Shown here piece by piece: positions 37,099 to 50,734 of a stretch of 64,000 nucleotides of DNA (position 1 is its first letter; each line of letters opens with the position of its first letter). The stretch lies in NCBI GenBank assembly GCA_030390025.1, contig CM059432.1, positions 74,836,001 to 74,900,000 on the forward strand, in the 5' to 3' direction. The translations under genes were made by a program, and so were the position numbers. The stretch is from Squalus acanthias. Its lineage: Eukaryota. The notes below the pieces were generated by a model, which was given only the letters and a program-made list of their open reading frames with translations, was not told where the DNA came from and did no database searches.

Positions 37099-40000
37099 AT
37101 CCAAAATGTTCGGAAACTAATTTTTCCCTTACTGAGTCATGAATTATATTTATCAACTTAGATTCCAAACTGCTTGGATATTCCCAATTTATATATTGTT
37201 GATTAAAGCCGCACATTAATGGAACTTTCTTGTTTTCACATACCCTCCTTATCTCTTCTTCGAGCAAACTGCTGCCCTTCTCATGCTGACCTGATGGTTT
37301 GTAACCCATTGTGTTAGCTTTGTCTTTTCATATTAAAAGTATTAAATCAAAGTACTTCATTGTGTAACTTTGCATTTCCCACTTCCCAGAATCAATTTCT
37401 TTAACTTTCAAGGTGTCCCTGACATAAGGCTATACGAATTCCTCCCCTGTTTACGCTTATGAAAGTAACTGGAATTATTTTCACACCTGACTGCCAGACA
37501 TTTATTTACATGCTCAATTTTCTTGGTGAACTGCCCTCCTTTACCTAACACTGAAAGTATACTAAAGAACATTACTTTCCTTCCTTTATCTTTGCGTTTT
37601 GAGGTGCCCCTCGAGTACTGACTTGTAAAGGCCTTCTATTATTTCTCCCGCTGTTGTTCACCTCTACGCAGACTACCACCATTGGGCCTCTTCCAGGCTC
37701 TCTCAGTAGCTCTTCTAGATTTAGTTTTCAAGATAAAATGGAAAGCTGTACTTGTTGGAACTCAAAAACAGACATGGCTAGAAGTACACATCAGGTTAGT
37801 TAACATCTGGAAGAGAAAAACAGTTTGCAGTTGCAGTAAAGCGCTCTACCTACAATGTTAACTGTCTTTCTCGTTCAGATGTCGTGTTTCAACTAAGGTA
37901 TATATGGAATTATAGATGAACTTTATGTGAATAAACATTACAAAGTATAACAAATAATACTTAAAATAATTTAACAATTCTGTTAAAGGGTTTTAAATAG
38001 ATGGCAGAATTTGTCACATGTTGAAATTACCATTGAATAAATAGCCTATTATCACTCATCATGCTTTATTTAAACACATCCTTGCGGTATTGTTTCCAAA
38101 CCAATTTTTATCATGGCCTCCAAGATCAAATGCACTAATTATTTAAAAAATGCTATTAGTCATTTTGTGAAATCACACTGAAGCCAGTTAAGCTTCTTTA
38201 TAATATAATGGGAAAGCTCCAGAGATGCTATTCTGACATTATAAAGACAGAATTATTCAATTGCAATAGAATAGTGAAGTTTTATTTGCATGATTTGTAA
38301 TACTGTACTTGTGGTATAAATTTCCATTCACCAAAAAATATGATTCGATCATTTGGCTAATAAACATTGTTCAGCTTATTTAGATGAAACTTTCAAGTGG
38401 CCTAAGGTGAGTTCAGAAATAGAGTAGCAATTTAAGGTCAGATTTTGTCAATCTTTCAAAGAATAGTGTTAAGTCTGTATCTCTTCTATGACTAGAGCTG
38501 TAACAGACCAGACAGCCAGGCTGAGGTGAGCCAGGCTTAGAGTTGCAGTTTTTCATTGTCAGGATGTTAGTTCACAGGCCATGGCTAAGTTGCTGATATT
38601 GCTACTTTTCATTTTTATTTTTGCTCAAGAAGATGTTTACAGAATATTTTTAATACTTTCAACAGAATAGGTAAAGCCTACTAGCACTAAACCTGACATG
38701 GGGGTACTTCTTGACACAGGTGAAAATATTGTATAACACTGTTTAATATGCATCATGAATCATAACTAATTAGGCCAGCTAGTGCTGAATAGTAAAGTTT
38801 TTGTCTATGCGCTGGTTTGAATGGGCCACAGAAGATAACATCACATTCAGGATGAAATTACAGGCTAAAGACCTCTGTGAAAGTTTAATTTATTTTGAGG
38901 ATGCCATATCAAATCACATATTTCTATTTTTTTAAACCAATGGAGCAGTGTTTCAAGTATTTAATCTACTTTATAATGGGCTGTTAAATTCAGTATAATG
39001 ACTTTCCAGAATAATATATTGGAAAAAATTGTTTATTTGCAACTGAAATGATCCCTTGTCTCTCCAAGGGCTAAGTATAACCCAGTTCCCTCTTGCTGCC
39101 CCCATACTTGGCCCTTGCACTCCTGTACGTAGAGCGAGTGTTTGATTGTTTTTACTATGAGCTTCAGAGTCCACATGAAATTAAAATGGAAACTCACATC
39201 AAGGAAATATAGAAAAATCATCATACCCTTAAAGCCAACAGTACATTAAAATGACTTTGAAGCACCTTGGGCTGTTTTTACTACATTAAAGGCGCTGTAT
39301 TAATGCAAGTTGTTGTTGGTGGTGATTGTGACAGTTGTTGCTTTTATTACACAATATCCATCACATCAGTATGGATTACCCCGTAGTAGGAATTTAATTG
39401 GGTATCAAAGAATATAATTTACATATAACAATAATTAGCCAAATTCTACTCTTTAGAGCAAATACATCTAATAGTGCCAATAACATTAATTCCTTGTTTT
39501 ATTTAGGGTAACAATTTACCTAGCAAAGCTGTGGCTTAGTATAGTGTTTGTCATTACATCAGTGCATTTAGACCATACAGTGACCTGTTGAATTCGCCTT
39601 AAAGCGAAGGACACCACAGTCAAACTGGAGAATGCCTAAAGAATGAAATGGGTATCTAATTGATTGTGGTGGCCTCACATTGAACCATGACTAGAATGAC
39701 CATTGAAACGTGAATGGGGATTATTTGCTTAAACCTCACTGCAGTGAAAGATCTCTTCAATAACTTTGAAATACATATATCTTTTCCACTATAAAATCAG
39801 TAAAAAAAACTTCTAAGCTTAGGAATTACTGTTGACTATATTAATGAACAACCACTTAATGCAGCCACTGAAATATTCTTTTGTCTGCTATTTTAACAAG
39901 TCATTAACTCATTTATTTTAAACAAACTAATCCCTTTGTCAAAATAACAAACAAAGGAATGTTATACGAACGTGTAAAAAAAATTTTTTATTCGTTCATG

Positions 40001-40584
40001 GGATGTGGGCATCACTGGCAAGGCCAACATTTATTGCTCATCCCTAAAGAATTTAAGAATTGTAACCTGTGTTCAGCACTGTTATTGGGCATTCACACTG
40101 CACATGTTTAACAATGGTGCAAAGCCAAAACTTCTTTGCAGTGACACTAAACTGGGAGTGTAAACTGGATGTCAAGGCCGAAAGTTACACTGAAGTGAAT
40201 AGGAGTGAGGCACCATCTTCCAGTATCAGGTGAGGTCTAACACCAGATTCTGGCTGCATTTATACAATGGCCCACATTTTGCTGTGAGTGGCGAAGGAAC
40301 GGCTTTCACCATTCACCTCATGTACAGTTTCCCAGAGACTTTTTGCGGCTTGTCAATGGAGGTTTCTAGCAATTGGGTGTCTGATCCAGTGCAGCTCCCT
40401 CTACAGCAGGTCAAGCAGCAGAGAGGTTCTTCAACCAATCAGATTGAAGAATAGTCACTGAGACACGCAGACTGCAAAGCAGGAAGTAAAAAGCAAGAAA
40501 TATAAATTACATTTAAATCATTGTACAGGAAATGAAATAAAGATTGGGACATACACATAGGATTAAGGGTGAGACATAAAAGAG

Positions 40585-40963
40585 AAACATACAAAATTCC
40601 TACAGGGCTTGACAGGATAGATGCAGGGAGGATGTTTCCCCTGGCTGGAGAGCCTAGAACCAGGGGTCACAGTCTCAGAATAAGGGGTTCGGCCATTTAG
40701 GACTGAGATGAGGAGAAATTTCTTCACTCAGAGGGTGGTGAATCTTTGGAATTCTCTACCCCAGAGGGCTGTGGAGGCTCAGTCGTTGAGTATATTCAAG
40801 ACAGAGATCGATAGATTTTTGGATATTAAGGGAATCAAGGGATATGGGGATAGTGCAGCAAAGTGGAGTTGAGGTAGAAGATCAGCCATGATCTTATTGA
40901 ATGGCGGAGCAGGCTCGATGAGCCAAATGGCCTACTCCTGCTCCTATTTCTTATGTTCTTATG
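40585..40963 (+). mobile_element. 5'-truncated CR1 3' end, same subfamily as 59277-59626
   Basis: Near-identical to the CR1-A 3' end, with tail CCTATTTCTTATGTTCTTATG. Confidence 0.92.
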
Positions 40964-43734
40964 AAAAAGATTTTTTTTTTAAATCTGCAACATTCATTTT
41001 TTTCTGATGGAATGAGACTCCACATTTGTAAAGTTAATTTTTCATGCCAGAGAGGTTGTTCAGCAGTAATTATCACTTATTACGCTGTTAAAAATTCACC
41101 TGCTCCTGATTGCACAATCGCTAATGTTTTCATCTATCCTTACTGCGAGACGAGTGGGTAATTACCCTAAGTTCATGCCATTACAGTGATTTCTATGCAG
41201 ATTCCACCGGCGAAGTCTACAACAGCGCAGCCTGTGGAGGAGCGGGGTATCACTGACAGCATGTGCACCCTTAGGTTGTTTCACGTCTCCTCTTAATTTA
41301 CAGTGTAAATAGGGTGAGGAGTGTCATAATTTATGTAACTAGCATGTTTTATGATTTGAAAGTTCTATGTTTTTGGTGGAAATTACTACATTTTGCAGCT
41401 TTTAGCAGACACATTCATTTTAAGTTAATAACAGAGTTGAACAATTTAACAGTCAAAGAGTACAAAACAGTATTATACAATTTGTAGCATAACTTTATAA
41501 ATCTGCTACCTAGCTACAATAAATAGGCTAAACAGGCATGGTAATAATCATAAGACTTTACTTTTAAAGCTAGTTTCCCTTTTTGAAGAAACCAAAGATT
41601 ATCCAGTGTTCTTTGTATACATGGACTGATCCAGAAATGCACATCACCAAAGTAAAATAAAAATTACTTTTAAAAGCAAGATACTGGAGTTGGAATAAAG
41701 GAATTGAAGCAAATAATACCGAGAACTAGCACTTAATAAGAACTTCACAATCCGGCTTTGGTAGTCTGTGTGGGATTACCCCACTTCACTTTGAGATAGT
41801 TCTATGTTCCGAGTGCATGTCAAAGCTCATTTAGTTGACATCTTTCCATATCAAATTTTAGTGGCTAATTAAAGGTGATTATTAACTAGTTGGTGTATAA
41901 ACACACACACAGGCTCTCTATCTCTCACTCTGGTGACTAATACATTTCCAGCCAAAAGTTAACTAAAAATATTGACAAAGCAACATTAATTTTCCTCTAA
42001 TTGACTCAAGCTGTGCCTATTTAGACCACTACCCACAGGGAGCACCTTAGCAGTGGCCTTAAGGGCACAGGCCAGGTTAGTAATTAAGTATCACAACCAT
42101 GCTGCAGAACCCAGACTGTCTCTGAGTAATTCCATGGGAGATCAGGTTGTATAATAAATGATTGGATATTATTCCACTAGCCTTGTAACTGGACTGAACC
42201 AGCAGTTTTGGGTGCAGAAGAAGTCTAGGAGAATATCCAATGGACCAAAGTGAAAACTGATTTAGGATGACTTCATAAGTCATGAAGTTCTGAGTGAGTC
42301 ATCTAGGTAGTCAATAAGGAAATCTAAAATTGTTATTTTGCTGTGGTCATCCAGTGTGATATTTATACCTTCAATTTACTTGTTTTAAAAATAAAATATG
42401 ATCAAATTAGTTTCAAAGTACTAATTTAGGAGGTACACCCTCGCATTGCTGATTAGTAAAATATTAAAAACATGGGAAGGTGGAACTGAGGAAAAAGCCA
42501 TTCAACCCATCAAGCCCACTCTCTTCACAGAACCCTCTCCGATCACTTTCATTTGCACCTGCTTTAGTGCCAAATTTATACCTCTGTTCACTGTAGAATC
42601 ACTGATCTGTCCATTTCTTTTTGGAATGCATCATCAGAGTCCACATTCTCTGTGCTCTGTGACAGTCTATCCCATAATTTGGGAATGTTGTGATCTATTT
42701 ATTCCTGAACTTGCAATCATGCCTCCTGGTTCTTTTCATGATTTTAAAAGCTTGGATCATGTTCCCCTTCCCCCCCCCTCCCTCTTTTTCTCCAGAGAGA
42801 ACAGCTGCTTCTCTTGCAGCTCAGTGATTTAAGGCCCAGACCGTCTTTGTTGCTTTTCTTTGAATGCTTTTTCAGTGCCACTAAATAGTAATACCTCTTT
42901 AGCAATGCATGAACCCTGCATAATACCCATGTGGGTCCTTTATCTGGGTTATTTCTTAGAAAAACATTTAAAACAAGGCACAAGTAAAACAGAAAAAAGT
43001 ACCAGGAAGGGCTATGAGTATTTTTGGATGTGATATTATAATTTTGTATTTTATGTTATGATATAAAATTGATATTTTAATGATGTCTGCATGCATAAAA
43101 AAATCACTACAGCTTAGGGCAGCTTCTTTCTTTTCAAAAATGTAATGCAGTTTTATAGTCTAACCTATTTAAAATGTGAATTCCCAGGAATCCAGTTTGT
43201 GCAGCACTGCTACAGATTACTTGTTTGTAGGTACCAAACCATAGGAACTAACGTATAGCTAACTATTTAAAATTTATTAAACAGTCTTTGAAGTAAATCT
43301 TTTGTTCTCAAACACTACACTCAATGATTGGGTGATGCTGTAGTTTAGCACATTAATATTTCATCTCTGGATCTGGGTTCAAGTCTAGACCAACCTGATG
43401 GGATAAAAGTGTCTTCTCTCTGTTGGCTGTTAGGGTCCTAAGTAAAGTAAACCAGCAATCCTATTCAGAGAGATCCTAAAAGTAACTAATCTGGGACATG
43501 GAAAAATGTAAAGTCTGTGCCAAGGCTGGTCTGAAACTGATCAATAGGAGGTGTGTTAAAGTAGTGCATGGTAGTTAGCCCTGTGTTGTTCCTCTTTGTG
43601 AGGAAGCACATGGCCTCCATTTGCTACCACTCTACAGCAGTAGAGCTAAGATGGGAAGTCAGTCCATGAAGGTTTTGGACACAAACCCATGTCCTATCAC
43701 TCTATGGCACTCTATGGCATTGTGTATTGGGACT

Positions 43735-43840
43735 GCATAGCAACAGTGACTACACTTCAAAAGTAACTCAGTGGCTGTAAAGCACTTTGGGACATCCTGA
43801 GGTCATAAATGGTGCTATATCAATACAAGTTCTTTCTTTC
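43735..43840 (+). mobile_element. SINE 3' fragment with L2-type tail
   Basis: CAACAGTGACTACACTTCAAAAGTA...GGCTGTAAAGCACTTTGGGACATCCTGAGG...AAGTTCTTTCTTT. A similar tail lies at ~39258-39322. Confidence 0.55.
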
Positions 43841-46663
43841 CAGGTTAAATATCCCAATTTGAGGCAGCCAATATGGCTACACTGTAATATTTAAATATTG
43901 GAAGACTTAATTTCCTCTGGTAGGTTACTAGTTAACATATTCACATAAAATTCCATTTTGTATGATTTTAATGCAGTTGTTAACCCATTTATTTTAAACG
44001 ATTGCCAACTGTGTTAAATTAATACACAAAGATTTTATGCAAACACATCAGGCAGTTCACTACCAAAGGAAATTAAACGTTGGTTTGTGCAGTGCACAGC
44101 ACCATCAGCATGATACAAAATGACTCAAAAGAAAAGCTTACCCAACAGTACATTATAGATTACTTGCCGTTTTATTTGTGGTGTCGTTTCCCTGTGGGGT
44201 ATTTACATCACACCTCTATGATCCTGGTTGAGGCTGTCACTTTAGTCCATTTACCAATAAATATGGGACTTTCTCACAAATTACTATATAGCTTGAATAA
44301 TCAGTTCACTGCCAGGCTGCTAAATGTGGTGTCCCACCGTGAGAAAAAGTGACAATCAGTTTGTCTTCTGCCAGCAGGCAATGGAACAATCTAATTACTC
44401 AATCTCCTGCCTGGAAAAGCATGGCACGTTGAAAAGTAGCTTGGGGAATAGGGGTGGGGGGGGAAACAACAAATTACAATAGTTATAGCAATAAATAAAG
44501 TCACACATCAAGAAGAACAGAAAGATCATATTTATTTTACAGGCATGATATTTGCAATATGCTTCAATAAGGTTCTGTTTCATTTAAAAATAACTACTTG
44601 GAAAGTAAAGGCCTATAATGTACAACAAGGTTCAAAAAATAGGAGAATATTAGGCAAATCGAGAAATAGTCATGAAGTGAGAACAAGCTTAGATTTTAAA
44701 AGCCTGTAGGTTATGGGAGGAAAGGAATACTGAGGGAGATAAGGAGCTCCATTGTTTTAATATCACCAGACAACAATGACATAAATATGAATCTAATATT
44801 ATTTTAAACAATGTCATAGCTAGGAATAGAAATTTGGGTAGGACCCAATTTATGGTGGATGAACAATGACCAAAGGTCTGACAACACAGCAAATCATTTA
44901 AATTGTAAATAATATAAAAACAATTAAAACCCCAAATACATTAAATATTGCCCCATACCTCCACTCAACATGTTTAAATAGACAAAAATAGATTCTACAT
45001 AAATCTACAGTAAGTGTACTTAAAGAAGCAATGTAAAATAAAGCTGAAATACAGAAATGTTTGGGATTTCCAACACATTCTGGCCGCATGCCTCACAACC
45101 TGTCAATCAAATGTTGCTTGCACATAGTTTGTTGTGAGAGGAAGATCCCACCCAAACATTGCATCATAATAGCTGTCATTGATTGGTCAAAGTCTGCTAC
45201 ATATTTTAAAAATAGCCTATTTCTTTGATAGCTGAGCTCCTGCCTTCAAGGTGCATGGTTCAAAAAAAAAAGCCTGTTAATAAATTTGCTTAAATTGGCT
45301 ATTCACACAGGCTAGGATTTGGGTGATCCTGGGAGCTAATTGGATGGGCGTAGCTCACTCAGGCCTACCTGTGGCTATGCCTCTGTTTCAAACTTATGTA
45401 TTCAGATATATTGCAATATTTTGCTGCATAATATATGCTTGATTCATTTTATTCTCAGAAAACTTATTGTCTGTGTAAGAATCCAATAATGCACTTCCAT
45501 TCATTGTTCCTAATTAGTCCTAATATTTTACTACAATAAAGTGTTAACAGTTTGAAGTATGATCTTTCAGTACAGTTAAGGATAGGAGACGTAGGATTGT
45601 GCAGGTCACGATCTATGTAAAACCAACCTTACTGCAGTATTTGTACTGTAATCCATTGAGGCATGGAATCTGTAACTGAGTTAAAATTATACCTATCCCA
45701 TTGATAAAATATTAATCCTACCTTTTACGATAGCTGAGACCAGTAGTTAAAGAATCACTTCTAGCCTGGCAGAACTTGATTTATGCTACTTGGCTGCAGG
45801 GAGAACTCCAAGAACCAGGATCGAGCTCTGTGCATGTGTACCTATAAATTTCACTCTTGCCATTAAATTCTAAATGTACTGTGAGTTCAGGCAGGAGCGA
45901 CTCATAGTGACAGCATAACTACACCCTTGATGAAAGGATCTCTTACAAGAAGCTGCTAATATGTAAAACATGGGCACTGTTATATTAAAGGTACCAGTCT
46001 GAGATTGGCATCTGCTGAGATTTATACAGGGCCACCGAGTTACCTGCCAGCTTGACATCATTCTATTGCCACCATACTGAATACTGTTTGAATTTTAATA
46101 TTGGCTGTAAAAAATTTAAAAATTGGCTTTAAAAATTCTTTTAACATTTTGTTTGGCACTGACTGCAGTTATACTACAGCTGATATGCAGCTAAAGTGGC
46201 GGGACACAACCTCCTTCAATTGATCTGTCTCACACCTCTTCCCTAAATTTGATTTGGGCAATTTTACATCCAAGTTATGTCAAGCTGAAACTGCTTTCCA
46301 TTAACACAAATGTGCCAAAAATTGGCTTTCTAATAGGCTTCTGTTTTTCTTTAGTATTATATTATCAGGATTATTTTATATAAGAGAACTAAATGGGAAA
46401 TTTGGTTTATTGGAATTTTGTGCTTGGATCAGAATTACTTTCAGATTTTAGTACCTAGATAGTTTGGTATACAGTGCTGTCTAAATCATGTGTAAGAAGT
46501 AAATGAGCCCTTAATTAAATTCAAACTCTTCAACAATGAGATCCAGGTGGAGCACAATGCCACAGTATTGTTTTAAAATTAGGTATCAATGATTTTTTTC
46601 TTGTTCCACAGACTGTGGCTAAAAATTCTAATCCCTTTGGTGTTATATGGCTTTCTCTTTTAG

Positions 46664-46838
46664 GAATACCTTTGTGGACATTCTCCGAGCTATTCTTCTG
46701 TCCCTGGAAATCCTTATTGAAGACCCAGAGTTACAGATAAATGGATTTGTGCTAATTATAGACTGGAGTAATTTCACATTCAAACAAGCCTCCAAGCTGA
46801 CTCCCACCATACTAAGACTAGCCATAGAGGGCTTGCAG
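46664..46838 (+). CDS. CLVS1/CLVS2-like: Clavesin, second coding exon (gene continues beyond window)
   Basis: Acceptor TTTCTCTTTTAG|G and donor CAG|GTCAGT, 175 nt. Joins in frame (AG|G = R) to [58 protein letters not shown]. Confidence 0.96.
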
Positions 46839-48537
46839 GTCAGTAATTCTTTTTAATAATTAAAACATTTTGCATATTTCTTTCCCTTCTAGTTTAGAGT
46901 GAAATTTTCCAATGTTTTATCAATTGTTATCTCCAGGACTTGAGAAAATAAAGCACATAGTACAGTGGTTCATCACATAAGTAACACACAGTAATAGGAT
47001 GTAGATTCTTGCAAAGTGACTTCCAAATCAGTAAGGGGCACTGAACAGAGGTCAGGCACTTCCCAATAGAGAGGGAAAGAAATCAGAAGCCAAGTTATTC
47101 GGAACCTGTATCTCTTTGCAGCTCACTCAAGAGTATTCTTGACAGATGCCTCAGAGCAGGTCATCAATATGTTTGATCTAATAGCCATTATGGAGATGTG
47201 GTTGCAAAGTGACCAAGGTTCAGAACAAAATGTTCCAGGATGCTTAACTTTTAGAAGAGATAGGCAAAATGGAAAAGGAGGAGGGGTAGTCCTGATAATA
47301 AAGGATTGGATAAAGACAGTAGAGAGAAAGGATCTTCGCTCTGAAAATCAAGAAGTAGAATCAGTTTGGGTGGAGCTAAGAAACAGCAAAGGGCAGAAAA
47401 CATTGGTGGGAGTTGTTTATAGGCCCCCAAACAGTAGTTGTAATGTAGGGCAGAGTATAAATCAGGAAATTAGAGGCGCATGTAACAAGGGTAATACAGT
47501 AATCATGGGGGACTTTAATCTACATATAGACTGGGCAAACCAAATTTGCAGTAATAGTATGGAGGACGAGTTCATGGAATCTATACAAGATAGTTTTCTA
47601 TATCAGTATGTTGAGGAACCAACTAGGGAACAGGCTATTTTAGATCTAATATTGTGCAACAAGAAAGGGTTAATTAATAATCTTGCAGTAAAGGGGCCTT
47701 TAAGGAAGAGTGACCGTAATATGATAGAATTTTATATTAAGTTCAAAAATGATTTAGTTAAATCCGAAACTAGGGTCTTAAATCTAAACAAAGCAAACTA
47801 CATAGGTATGAGGGGCGAGTTGGCTAAGGTAGATTGGAAACTACATTAAAAGGTATGACGGTAGACAAGCAATGGCTAGCATTTAAAGAATTAATACATA
47901 ATTTACAACAAATATACATTCCATTAAGGCACAAAAACCCCACAGGAAAAGTGGTCTAACCGTGGCTAACAAGAGAAGTTAAAGATAGTATTAGATCAAA
48001 GGAAGAGGCTTACAATGTTGCCAAAAAGAGTAGTAAGCCTGAGGATTGGGAGGATTTTAAAATTTAGCAAAGGAGGACCAAGAAATTGATAAAGAAAGGG
48101 AAAATAGAATATGAGAGTAAACTAGTGAGAGACATAAAAACAGACTGTAAAAGCTTCTATAGGTATGTAAAAAGGAAAAGATTAGCGAAAGTAAACGTGG
48201 GTCCCTTACAGGCTGAGACAGGAGAAATTATAATGGGGAATAAGGAAATGGCAGAGAAATTAAACCAATACTGGATTTTCCGTCTGGAGACGGGTTCGTG
48301 TCGGGTTCAGTGTTTGGCGGGTTCTGGACCCGCTATCGGTTCCATCTGCAGTGAGATAACGATTTTTAGTAGATTGGGCTTATTAAGCCCGCTGTGCGCA
48401 TTACCCGGCCCAATCAGTGGGTGCGGGTCTGCTGCTCGCCTTTGATGATGTCTTTGACTCAGCTACATTTAAGGGGGCCATGTCCCCTTTGGGTTTCATT
48501 TACATTTTGATGCTCCTGAGTGCTGGTGTTTGCCGAG

Positions 48538-50424
48538 ATGACTGCTTCTAGAACAAAGGCTGCTCCCCGTTTTGATGATGACTCCCTCCATGTTCTTGTG
48601 GAGGGAATAAAAGGGCACAAGGAGGTTCTATTCCCTTTGGATGGAAGAAGGAAGCCTCCTCAGCATACCAAGGCAGCCTGGCTGCAAATTGCTGAGGAGG
48701 TGAGTGGGAGGTCTGTCTGTACACGCACCTGGGTCCAGTGTTGGAAGAGGTTCAATGATCTCCTGCGTTCAGCAAAAGTGAGTATAACAGCACACTCGCC
48801 TTCATTCTGCTGTGCCTGTCTTCACATCCCCATCAATCTGCATTGCCAGTCCTACTCTTGCACATCCTAACTCACCCCAACATCCCTTGCACCATCACCC
48901 TCTCTCCGTATGTACAGAATCACATCCCCATCTTTCTATGCACCCCTCACACTCATTCTCAATGTTATGCCATGATGACAACTAACAACTCACAAGGAGG
49001 AAAATTGGTATTGGCATCTCACTCCAGCATAGTCTCCCTCCAAACATCTATTCAATCCATTCTTTACACTCATTCCATCACTCTCACTAAAACTGCACTT
49101 CTGTCCCTCATTGCAGGAAAAGAGATCCCACAATAAGAGGGAGAGGAGAGAACAGGAGGAGGAGCACCATCCATGGCGCAGCTCACCCACACTGAGGAGT
49201 CAGCTCTGGACATTGTTGCAGGTGCTGAGGAGCTTGAAGTGGGGGCAGAGAGACGGGTTCAGCCGAACAACCTGGTGACAGAATTATTTTTCCAAACATC
49301 TGATTTGGCATTCAGGATTAACTGATACGGGATCTGATGTTCCTAGAGATTGAGTGCTAATTACTTGCACAAGAGAATATGTGTGCAACCTACATATCAC
49401 ATGTCTTTACTCTCCCACAGGACCATCAAGAGCCCCCCTCCGTACTGTCCAGAAGGAAGAGCAGGAGGACTCCTCAGAGGAACCTCCAGCCTCTGAGGGA
49501 GCACCGTCAGCAGAAATGAGCGCAACCTGCACCCTGCACCATCGCAGAGACGCACACCTCGGTGGGTCCAATGCGAGATAGAGTAGTGTTGTCACCTGGT
49601 GTCTCATAACTCACAAGTGAGCAAGAGCAGATGGTGGAGACAGGGACAGGTGTGGAGAGTCCTCATCAGAGGCCGCAGGACTCTCCTAGCTTTGCTGAGC
49701 TGCATGCAGACACTGAGCCTCGGGGGCCATCCAGAAAGAGAGCGGTGCTGGAGCTTCAGGAACAAGTGCAGGAGGCTGACTGGGTTAGCAACCACGGTGA
49801 CTGTGAGTATGCAGAGAATGGAGGAGTCCATCTCCAATATGAGCAACGCCATGGTGCAGGCACTGGCAAATGTAGGTCCCGCCATGGAAAGGATGGCCAC
49901 CTCCATGGAAGACATAAATCGCCAGACACAGGAGAACATGGTAACACTTCTAAATAGATGGTCAGCTATGGAGGATAGCTGGGCATCTATTGATAAGAGA
50001 AACCAGAGGTTCATGGACGTCTTTGTTATGAGGAATGTCAGCACAGACACGGGTCCTCATGGCCCCACTGATGTGCAGCAAAGTGCTCCCCAGCAACTTG
50101 CTGGCAGAGAAGTGCGGGTGGCCCATGAGAGGGATGGTGGTGGAAGGGGAAATGAAAGTGGGGGCTCCTCTCCAAGCACTCATCCCATTGCCCACCCCTC
50201 GGTCAGAGCCCCAGATGCCTCCCCCAACAGAGATGGCCGAGTCTGCCCCTGCACAGCCGCAGGAAGAGCAGACTTTGGCGGGACCCTCACAGGCTCCACA
50301 ACCCAGAGGATGGCTGCCAAAGCAGGCGTGGCAGGGAAGTGAGCAAGCTGCCTCTGCATCTGCTGAAGCCACAGGGGAAGCACCACGAAGAAGCACGCGT
50401 AAGAAAAAGCTAACACACAAATAG
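48538..50424 (+). pseudogene. H1 Myb/SANT-like gene, exons 48538-48777, 49117-~49274, 49421-50424; frameshifted
   Basis: AAPRFDDDSL..LVEG...VLFP....AW.QIAEEV...RTWVQCWKRFNDL, donor AAA|GTGAGT and acceptor TTGCAG|GAA. A 1-nt frameshift lies just before RTGGG, with more in exon 3. Confidence 0.8.
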
Positions 50425-50734
50425 TCACAAGGGTAGTCACTTGGGTGCTTTCATATAAATCAGTGTAATGTTTGTGCTCTTTCATTTTATTGTATTAAAG
50501 TGATGTCATGTGATTGTACTAAAGTGATGTCATGTGAATGTTTCAAAGCGTTGCCCTATATGTGCTCACAATTGGAGGTGTCACAGCGAGGGGTAAGGGC
50601 GCCTTTCATCTGAAGCAATGGTGGTGAAAGGGCTAGGAATGCACAGTTCATTGGAGGGCTGCTCTATGGTGTGGAAGTGGCGTCATGCGAACATTCACGT
50701 GCATGTGGCAGCCACATGTAAGTGATGCCTAAAG

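Larger units (their letters stand above)
30040..37450 (-). mobile_element. Old, highly diverged CR1 broken by five younger insertions
   Basis: Collinear antisense ORF2 remnants at ~30100-30995 (HPDFQKAF, DFFEEVT), ~34700-34818, ~35611-36395 and ~37100-37310 (LMCGFN..INW, resembling IMGDFN..IDW). Boundaries approximate. Confidence 0.6.

Noticed and set aside
40268..41270. Possible further DNA-transposon derivative around the 40585-40963 CR1 fragment
   Set aside because: The left end GGCCCACATTTTGC looks TIR-like, but no matching right end or TSD could be placed.
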